DNA from: Coriobacteriia bacterium
GTDB lineage: Bacteria; Actinomycetota; Coriobacteriia; WRKU01
DNA: 64,000 bases
Direction: 5' to 3'
Assembly: GCA_009777935.1 (NCBI GenBank)
Contig: WRKU01000005.1
Coordinates: forward strand, 4,102-68,101
Shown here piece after piece: positions 57,307 to 64,000 of this stretch. A program made the translations under genes and the position numbers. The notes beneath the pieces were generated by a model. The model searched no databases. It was not told the origin of the DNA and worked only from the letters and a program-made list of their open reading frames with translations. How positions within the stretch are numbered: the stretch's first letter is position 1; each line of letters opens with the position of its first letter.

Positions 57307-57654
57307 TTACGATCGACTGCGTTCCTTAAGGCGTGCGCTCTTGCCGGCCTTATCACGCAGGTAGTAGAGTTTGGCACGACGCACCTTGCCTTGACCGGTA
57401 ACTTCAATCTTCTCAATTTTGGGTGAGTAAACCGGAAACGTACGCTCAACCCCGGTACCAAAGCTTATCTTGCGCACCGTGAACGTCTCACGATTCATAG
57501 CGCCATGACGGCGAATAACGCGTCCTTCAAAGACCTGCGTACGTTCGCGGTTGCCCTCAATAATACGATAATGAACCTTAACGTTGTCCCCCACCTGAAA
57601 TGGAGTGACGTCGTCGTTCATCTGCTGTTTTTCAAGTGCTGCAATGACATCCAT
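57307..57654 (-). CDS. rplS: 50S ribosomal protein L19
   Basis: F.VGD.V.V...I.EG.RER.Q.FEG.VI and TFTVRK motifs. ATG 57654 is preferred to 57678. Confidence 0.95.
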   Translation of the reverse strand: MDVIAALEKQQMNDDVTPFQVGDNVKVHYRIIEGNRERTQVFEGRVIRRHGAMNRETFTVRKISFGTGVERTFPVYSPKIEKIEVTGQGKVRRAKLYYLRDKAGKSARLKERSRS

Positions 57655-57734
57655 GTAAGTCGTTCCTTTCGCACGCAACGTATCAGTCTAGCAAAGAGTC
57701 GCCTCGTGTGCAAACGAGTCTGCGCCCACGTGCA

Positions 57735-58346
57735 TTACTCAAGAGAGCCAAAACGAGCGAGTGGCCAGTACGTCCAAAACGCGCGACCACGCACCTCATC
57801 GGTAGGTATTGGGCCAAAATAACGGCTATCTGCACTGTTTGTGCGGTTGTCTCCCAGAACAAAGACCGCATCGGCGGGAACGGTAAACGGCAGCTCGACA
57901 CCATTAAGCGGATAGGTCGGCTTATCGTGAACGTATGGCTCATCGAGCAGCTCGCCATTCAGATAGACCATCCCCTCGCGCAGGTCAACGGTATCACCGG
58001 CAACGGCAATAACACGCTTTATGAGCTGCGGAAATTCGTTTGTCGGATCATCAAAGACGACGATGTCGTTGTGCTGAGGTTCACGTCCTGTAAGAAAGAC
58101 AAGTTTGTTGGCGAGCACACGATCGTTAATCTCAATCGACGGAATCATCGATCCGGTCGGAACGAGATACGGCTCGATAAGCGCAAACCTGATGACCTGC
58201 GCCAGCAGGAAAGCGAGCGCAATAAGGATAACGGTTTCGACGATGTGGCGCGTGAGAGATTTCTTACGCGTGCTTTCGTCGTCTATGAGATGCTCATCGC
58301 CTAGGCGAGAGTTACACTCGTCATCCACGAGGTGCTCATCGCTCAC
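57735..58346 (-). CDS. lepB: Signal peptidase I
   Basis: The TGSM-type motif ([10 protein letters not shown]), KRVIAVAGD and GDNR.NS.DSR. GTG 58346 follows AAGGGGG. The longer ORF to 58475 would overlap trmD by 140 nt. Confidence 0.88.
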   Translation of the reverse strand: MSDEHLVDDECNSRLGDEHLIDDESTRKKSLTRHIVETVILIALAFLLAQVIRFALIEPYLVPTGSMIPSIEINDRVLANKLVFLTGREPQHNDIVVFDDPTNEFPQLIKRVIAVAGDTVDLREGMVYLNGELLDEPYVHDKPTYPLNGVELPFTVPADAVFVLGDNRTNSADSRYFGPIPTDEVRGRAFWTYWPLARFGSLE

Positions 58347-59067
58347 TCGTTGCCCCCTTTTCACTTCCCTCTTTTGTAAGATTCGCTGCACCGCTCGACA
58401 CGAGATCAGGGCGTAACTGTGTTGTTCGCTCCCATGATTGTTCGCGGCGCCACCGCTCAATCTTTGCGTGGTCACCCGATAATAACACGTCAGGCACGCT
58501 CATGCCACGAAACTCCGCCGGACGCGTGTAGTGCGGATACTCGAGTAGCCCATCGACAAAAGATTCGTCAACGGTGCTCTCAGCGTCACCAAGCACCCCG
58601 GGGATGAGGCGCGTCACAGCGTCGACGATAACCATTGCGCCAAGCTCTCCCCCGCTCATAACGTAGTCGCCAATCGAGATGATCTCATCGGCAAGCGTCA
58701 AGACGCGCTCATCGAAGCCTTCGTAGCGCCCACAGACGAGCAAGATGCGCTCATGATGGCTCAATTCGCGTGCGGCAGCATGGGCAAACGGAGTGCCGAT
58801 TGGCGCAAGAAAGATGATATGCGGTGGGACAGGCGCCATTTTGCTAATCGCTTCGATCGCCTCGAATATCGGCTCGCACTTCATGACCATGCCCGGACCT
58901 CCGCCATACGGAGCATCGTCGACGGTGCGATGGAGATCATGCGTCCAGTCGCGCAAGTCGTGGACATGGAGATCGAGAAACCCGCGTTCCTGCGCAATCC
59001 CCGTCATCGACTCACCGAGCACAGGCGCAAACATAGAGGGAAATATCGTGAGAACGTCTACGCGCAT
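58336..59067 (-). CDS. trmD: tRNA (guanine37-N1)-methyltransferase
   Basis: [19 protein letters not shown] and CGRYEG.DERV motifs. Confidence 0.95.
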   Translation of the reverse strand: MRVDVLTIFPSMFAPVLGESMTGIAQERGFLDLHVHDLRDWTHDLHRTVDDAPYGGGPGMVMKCEPIFEAIEAISKMAPVPPHIIFLAPIGTPFAHAAARELSHHERILLVCGRYEGFDERVLTLADEIISIGDYVMSGGELGAMVIVDAVTRLIPGVLGDAESTVDESFVDGLLEYPHYTRPAEFRGMSVPDVLLSGDHAKIERWRREQSWERTTQLRPDLVSSGAANLTKEGSEKGATSER

Positions 59068-59591
59068 GAAGGAGGCTCCTCGTCAATGAGCCCGTTCGGG
59101 ATATGGACGGTAGCCGTAGTTTCATCTTGCGCGATACAGACATCGTCGATGACCGGTATAAGTACCTCGCCATACGGACCGTCGACGACCCAGACGTCGT
59201 TAGCGCCGGTTACGATGATGTCTTGTACTGTACCAAGATCGCCGTAGCGCGCATCACGCACCTGCAGTCCGCGTATCTCGGGCGCGTCTTCGGTGAGCAG
59301 CACCCAGCTTTCATCTACGTCCTCGACGGCAACGACAAGATGTGTGCCGACAAGTTGCTTGGCTTCATCGATGCTCACAAGACCTTCGATTGTGAGCACC
59401 ACGCCGTCACCTTGTTCCCGTGCATCGGTCACCACACCGCTCCGCCAGACAGATGGTGGCGGCGTGACCCATATCGTCGTTCCGATAAGATTGCAGACAG
59501 ATACTCCCGCATTACAATCTGCGAGAACCTGACCATGTGTACCGATGCTCTTCTTGATGCGTCCGATGGTTACGAAACGTTGCGTAACCAC
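59058..59591 (-). CDS. rimM: 16S rRNA processing protein RimM
   Basis: G.I.K..G..G.V N-terminal barrel plus a PRC-barrel C-domain, in the conserved rpsP-KH-rimM-trmD order. Confidence 0.85.
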   Translation of the reverse strand: MVTQRFVTIGRIKKSIGTHGQVLADCNAGVSVCNLIGTTIWVTPPPSVWRSGVVTDAREQGDGVVLTIEGLVSIDEAKQLVGTHLVVAVEDVDESWVLLTEDAPEIRGLQVRDARYGDLGTVQDIIVTGANDVWVVDGPYGEVLIPVIDDVCIAQDETTATVHIPNGLIDEEPPSCA

Positions 59592-59597
59592 GAGCGA

Positions 59598-59858
59598 TTA
59601 CCCTTCGACGCTGACGTGGTAACTACGTCCAGCCACCGCACGTACGAGCGTGCGAATCGACTTAATAGTACGCCCTCCGCGCCCAATGATCTTACCAACA
59701 TCGTCGGGATGCGCATTGACCCTAACGAGCATGCCATCCGGGCCTTCCTCGGCCTCAACGACGATTTCATCGGGATTATCGACAAGCGACGTCACAAGAA
59801 AGGTAACGAGCTCAACCGGTGAGCGCTCTTCGTGATCGGTGTGTTCCTCGTGCTCCAT
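59598..59858 (-). CDS. KH domain RNA-binding protein (YlqC/UPF0109 family)
   Basis: About 85 aa. LV..LVD.PD.V.V...E........V...P.D.GK.IG..GR....IRT.V. Confidence 0.85.
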   Translation of the reverse strand: MEHEEHTDHEERSPVELVTFLVTSLVDNPDEIVVEAEEGPDGMLVRVNAHPDDVGKIIGRGGRTIKSIRTLVRAVAGRSYHVSVEG

Positions 59859-59861
59859 CGG

Positions 59862-60398
59862 TTACTCCGCGGCTTCCTCGACAGCAGGCTCTTCGACCGG
59901 AGCTTCGTCTTCTGCAGGCGCCTCTTCTTCTGCCGGAGCTTCGTCGGGAGAAGCTTCTTCATCGGCCTCAGACGACGCGTCCTCACTCACCGCAGCTTCG
60001 TCTTCCGTAGCAGGCTCCTCCGCAGGCGCAGGCTCTTCTGCAGGTGCGGCCTTTTCTTCCTCGGCCGCGGCCTTCTTAGCCTCAGCCTCAGCGGCCTCAG
60101 CTTCTGCCTTGGCAATGGCGCGCTTCGAGGGTTTTGCTTCCTTCTTCGGAGCCTCTTTCTCGCCACGCGCAATCGCAATCAGCTTTGCGGCGGCCTCTGT
60201 CGGCTGAGCACCCTTTCCGAGCCACCTGTCGACCTTCTCAAGGTCAAGATCGATGACCGATGGATCCTTAAGCGAATCGTAGCGTCCAACGAGCTCTAGG
60301 TAGCGTCCATTACGACGCGAGCGTTCATCGACGACGACGACGCGGTAAAAGGGCACCTTTTTCGCGCCATAACGCGCAAGACGAATCTTAACTGACAC
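59862..60398 (-). CDS. rpsP: 30S ribosomal protein S16 with long acidic Ala/Glu/Pro-rich C-terminal extension
   Basis: VKIRLAR.GAKK.PFYR.VV.D.R..R.GR..E..G.YD core. GTG 60398 follows GGAGGTG. About 95-aa low-complexity tail. Confidence 0.92.
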   Translation of the reverse strand: MSVKIRLARYGAKKVPFYRVVVVDERSRRNGRYLELVGRYDSLKDPSVIDLDLEKVDRWLGKGAQPTEAAAKLIAIARGEKEAPKKEAKPSKRAIAKAEAEAAEAEAKKAAAEEEKAAPAEEPAPAEEPATEDEAAVSEDASSEADEEASPDEAPAEEEAPAEDEAPVEEPAVEEAAE

Positions 60399-60503
60399 AA
60401 AAACACCTCCGGCTATACAGGCCGCACCGGTGACGGTCACGACCCTGTTGTTCATACCAATCGAATATGATACGCGAAAATTACCTAATTGTGTAGCAAC
60501 TGT

Positions 60504-61859
60504 CTAAAAAGAGGGGAAGTTTTTCGGGATGCCGGCCGGCATTTTGCCCGACTTGCCACCCGACTTCGACATGAGCTTCATCATTTTGGCCGCCTCGGCA
60601 ACCTGCTTAACGAGCCGGTTAACGTCACTCACCTGCACGCCAGCACCGGCTGCAATACGCGCGCGCCGCGACCCGTTGAGAAGCTTTGGATTTTGGCGTT
60701 CCTGCGGCGTCATCGACAGCACGATAGCTTCACTACGTGCGACCGCCGACTCATCCATCGCACCGGCAGCATCCTTAAGTGCGCCACCTCCCGGCAGCAT
60801 TTTGGCGACCGCACCCAACCCGCCGAGCTTGCGCATCTGTTTGATGCTCTTGAGAAAATCATCAAAAGTAAACTTGCCCGCCTTGAGACGGTCGGCGTCA
60901 GACTCCGAGAAATCGTCCTCAAACTCAAGCTCGCCAGCCTTCTCGACCAGTGAGACCACGTCACCCATACCGAGTATACGCTTAGCGATACGATCGGGAT
61001 AAAATTCCTCAAGCGAATCGGGCTTCTCACCGGCAGAGGCAAAGAGGATTGGCTTGCCCGTCACCTCACGAATCGAGAGCGCTGCACCACCACGTGCATC
61101 ACCGTCGAGTTTCGACATAATGAGGCCGTCGAAATCGAGTCGTTTGCTGAATGCTTCGGCGACATTGACGGCATCTTGGCCCGTCATGGCATCGACGACC
61201 ATGAGGATTTGGTCAGGTCGCACCGCCTTTTTAATAGCTTCGGCCTCGCCCATCATCTCGTCGTCGATATGAAGGCGACCTGCTGTATCGATGATGACGA
61301 CGTTGCAGAGTGTGTCGATTGCCTCACGGACACCGGCGCGAGCGATTGCAACCGGATCGTCGTGTGCGTCGTCAGCACCGCGAGAGACCGGTATCTGGAG
61401 CTGGCGGCCAAGTGCCTCAAGCTGGTCGGCCGCCGCCGGACGATGAACGTCACACGCGACCATCAGCGGTTTCTTGCCCTGCTTGCGCAGGAGAAATGCG
61501 AGTTTGGCGGCGGCCGTCGTCTTACCGGATCCCTGCAGACCCACAAGCATAATAACATTCGGTACGCGCGACGATAAGACGAGCTTCGTCGGCGTCGTGC
61601 CAAGCAGCTCGGTCAGCTCATCGAGAACGATCTTGACGACCATCTGGCCGGGTGTGAGCGATGAAAGCACGTCGGCGCCGAGCGCGCGCTCCTTGACCCG
61701 TGCGGTAAACTCTTTGACGACACCAAGATTAACGTCGGCCTCAAGGAGCGCACGCCGAATCTCGCGCATCGCCGTATCGATATCTTGTTCGCTCAGACGT
61801 CCTTTGGCGTTCAGCCCTCTAAAGACCGACTGCAGACGACTGCCAAGATTCTCAAACAT
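60504..61859 (-). CDS. ffh: Signal recognition particle protein Ffh
   Basis: NG domain (GLQGSGKTT, DTAGR) and a Met-rich M domain. Confidence 0.97.
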   Translation of the reverse strand: MFENLGSRLQSVFRGLNAKGRLSEQDIDTAMREIRRALLEADVNLGVVKEFTARVKERALGADVLSSLTPGQMVVKIVLDELTELLGTTPTKLVLSSRVPNVIMLVGLQGSGKTTAAAKLAFLLRKQGKKPLMVACDVHRPAAADQLEALGRQLQIPVSRGADDAHDDPVAIARAGVREAIDTLCNVVIIDTAGRLHIDDEMMGEAEAIKKAVRPDQILMVVDAMTGQDAVNVAEAFSKRLDFDGLIMSKLDGDARGGAALSIREVTGKPILFASAGEKPDSLEEFYPDRIAKRILGMGDVVSLVEKAGELEFEDDFSESDADRLKAGKFTFDDFLKSIKQMRKLGGLGAVAKMLPGGGALKDAAGAMDESAVARSEAIVLSMTPQERQNPKLLNGSRRARIAAGAGVQVSDVNRLVKQVAEAAKMMKLMSKSGGKSGKMPAGIPKNFPSF

Positions 61860-61895
61860 TGCTATCCCACTTCATCGTTACCCTGTTTCGTCTCA

Positions 61896-62822
61896 TTATC
61901 CCACCAAGGCTTCGGCAAACTCACGTGCGTCAAATGCACGCAGATCATCGATTGTCTCACCCACGCCAAGACGGACGATGGGCAGATTGAGCTCCTTGCT
62001 GATAGCGAGCGCAATGCCCCCTTTAGCCGTCCCGTCGAGCTTCGTCACAATCAACGCATCGAGGCCAAGCGTCTTATGAAACTCGCGTGCCTGAATGAGG
62101 CCGTTTTGTCCAGTCGTCGCGTCGAGTACAAGCACGGTAAAGACCGGCATCTCGGCAGCATCGGCGACACTACTCTCACCACGCTCACGCGCTACACGCT
62201 GAATCTTCTCAAGCTCGCGCATGAGATCCGGTGAAGTGTGTAGACGCCCGGCGGTATCGATGATGGCCAGATTGACCCCGGCGCTGTGAGCTTGCTCAAT
62301 GGTCTCGTAAGCAACCGAGGCCGCATCGGCTCCTTGCCCTCGTTTAACGAGCGGCACATCGGCGCGCTGCGCCCACGTCTCGAGCTGCTCGGTCGCGGCC
62401 GCGCGGAAGGTATCGGCGCTGCCAAGCACCACTGTTTTGCCGACATCAACGGCCTGTTTGGCCAGTTTGCCAGCCGATGTCGTCTTACCGGTACCGTTGA
62501 CACCGACCATCAAAATCGCCGCACGCGGCTGCTCAAACGGGTCAACACCGTCGGCAAACTCATCGGCAATAGTCTCGACGAGGTGCGCTTTGACTTCGGC
62601 AAGCGTCTCATGCGCGCGCGCCGGTATCTCGCGCTTCATACGCGCAACGATAGCGGTGGCGGCATCGAGGCCAAGATCGGACACAAGTAACGCGTCTTCC
62701 ATGTCATCCCAAAACGCATCGTCAAACTCAATTCCGCGTCCGACAATCGTATTGAGCTGCCCGGCGAGCAGGTCACGACTCTTGCTTAAGCCATCGGTGA
62801 GGCGCTGAGTCCACGTGCTCAC
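61896..62822 (-). CDS. ftsY: SRP receptor FtsY (NG domain only)
   Basis: GVNGTGKTT, DTAGRLH, TKLDGTAKGG. Confidence 0.96.
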   Translation of the reverse strand: MSTWTQRLTDGLSKSRDLLAGQLNTIVGRGIEFDDAFWDDMEDALLVSDLGLDAATAIVARMKREIPARAHETLAEVKAHLVETIADEFADGVDPFEQPRAAILMVGVNGTGKTTSAGKLAKQAVDVGKTVVLGSADTFRAAATEQLETWAQRADVPLVKRGQGADAASVAYETIEQAHSAGVNLAIIDTAGRLHTSPDLMRELEKIQRVARERGESSVADAAEMPVFTVLVLDATTGQNGLIQAREFHKTLGLDALIVTKLDGTAKGGIALAISKELNLPIVRLGVGETIDDLRAFDAREFAEALVG

Positions 62823-64000
62823 GACGTCACATCTCCCGCGCCACTCACACGGCCGTCCGACGTCGAACTCGTGTCGTAACCGAGCTCCTCAAGCGCCCCT
62901 TCGAGCTTCTGGCTGACGAGCTTCGAGATGCCGTCAGACTGCATCGAGACCCCGTAGAGCACATCGGCCATCTCCATCGTGCGGCGCTGGTGAGTCACTA
63001 TCAAAAATTGCGTGGTGGCACGTAGCGAGTTGATGAACATAACAAAACGTCGCAGGTTCGCGTCATCGAGTGCCGCCTCGACCTCGTCAAGCACGAAAAA
63101 CGGGCTTGGGCGCACGCGGTTCATCGCAAAAAGAAGCGCCAGTGCCGAAAGCGAATTCTCCCCACCGGAAAGCAGTGACATCTTGCGCAATTTTTTACCC
63201 TGTGGCTGCACGAGATACTCGATACCGCTCTCATCGAGATTTTCGGGGTCGGTCAACACAAGCTGAGCCGAGCCTCCGGGAAACAGTACGCCGAAGACGC
63301 TCTGAAAATGCATATCGACCTGCTCAAACGTCGAGATAAAGCGTTCACGCATCTTACGGTCGATGGCGCGTACGACTTTGCCGAGCGTCACGCGAGCTTC
63401 GTTGATGTCGGCAATCTGTGCCTGCATAAAATCACTGCGTTCTTTGAGCTGTTCGTATTCGCGTGCAGCGATCGGGTTGACGGCACCGAGAGCCGAAAGC
63501 TTTTGACGTAGTGCCATCGCCTCATTTTGCGCGCGTGTCCGGTCTTCGAGCGGCGGCAGTTCAAGTGCGGTTTCAAGCGGGATACCGAGTTCATCGGTGA
63601 TCGTCTTCACGGCAGCGTTAACCTGGATATCGAGCTGCCCCTTCTCAACACGCACCTCCGCAAGTTTTTCACGTTGCTGTGTGAGCTGTGTGGCGAGCGC
63701 GCGTAACTTCTCCTGTGCCTGACCGATCGTATCGCGGAGACCCGTTGCATCGGTCTGCTCAAACTGGGCACGATCGTTGAGCATCGTCTGGACGTTTTGT
63801 GCATACTCGGTAAGCAGACGGCATATGTCAGCGAGCGGCGTAAAACGTGTCCGTATCGTCTCGAGTTCAACCTCGATTTCATCAGAGCCGGCGATAATCC
63901 GCTCCAACGAAGCGAGTTCGGTCGAAGCCTGTGTGCTCATGCGCTTAAGGTGTGAATCGCGCTCGGCGACCTGCGCAATCTCAACCTGACACTCGTTGAG
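62819..64000 (-). CDS. smc: Chromosome segregation protein SMC, C-terminal part (5' end beyond the window)
   Basis: Coiled coil followed by the ABC signature LSGGE and Walker B FFVLDEVEAALD. The ORF is open to the window edge. Confidence 0.92.
   Translation of the reverse strand, partial: LNECQVEIAQVAERDSHLKRMSTQASTELASLERIIAGSDEIEVELETIRTRFTPLADICRLLTEYAQNVQTMLNDRAQFEQTDATGLRDTIGQAQEKLRALATQLTQQREKLAEVRVEKGQLDIQVNAAVKTITDELGIPLETALELPPLEDRTRAQNEAMALRQKLSALGAVNPIAAREYEQLKERSDFMQAQIADINEARVTLGKVVRAIDRKMRERFISTFEQVDMHFQSVFGVLFPGGSAQLVLTDPENLDESGIEYLVQPQGKKLRKMSLLSGGENSLSALALLFAMNRVRPSPFFVLDEVEAALDDANLRRFVMFINSLRATTQFLIVTHQRRTMEMADVLYGVSMQSDGISKLVSQKLEGALEELGYDTSSTSDGRVSGAGDVTS

Overview
This 64 kb chromosomal window is gene-dense and fairly GC-rich. 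It mixes actinobacterial gene order (mihF-rpoZ-coaBC; smc-ftsY-ffh-rpsP-rimM-trmD-rplS; xerC-rpsB-tsf-pyrH-frr-uppS-cdsA-dxr-rseP-ispG-proS-nusA-infB-rbfA-truB) with a Firmicute-style block (rodZ-pgsA-cinA-recA-recX-rny-spoVS-miaB) and Cheo-type SOS boxes. By inference this fits a Coriobacteriia-like Actinomycetota genome. About 75 CDS, one tRNA-Pro(GGG), one cobalamin riboswitch, two intrinsic terminators plus the riboswitch terminator, and some promoters and SOS operators can be supported. I saw no CRISPR array, IS element, transposase or prophage. Most of the window is housekeeping: translation, isoprenoid and lipid synthesis, the SRP pathway, glycine cleavage, and lysine/DAP synthesis. The main accessory segment lies between tRNA-Pro and coaBC (about 24.1-33.6 kb). 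It contains a cobalamin-riboswitch-gated operon encoding a large, probably wall-anchored protein with two DUF4430-like beta domains plus an alpha/alpha-toroid domain, i.e. the two halves of eukaryotic transcobalamin or intrinsic factor in reversed order. This is followed by a membrane-tethered DUF4430 protein and a complete ECF importer (T, A, A', S). I read this as a poorly characterised Gram-positive surface B12 capture and import system, and it is my top candidate. Convergent to it is an ABC-2 exporter operon ending in a degenerate LarC N-terminal-domain-only protein. Other oddities are listed here.
- A TruB-RibF fusion ORF.
- A stand-alone GHKL ATPase where ymdB would sit, next to spoVS.
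- A zinc-ribbon-FHA / MerR / unknown-protein module translationally coupled to the gcv operon.
- A ProRS lacking the INS editing domain.
- A Cys/His plus Lys-rich tail on NusA.
- A 12-nt tandem repeat inside dapF.
All functional calls rest on motif recognition by eye and on synteny. No database search was run.
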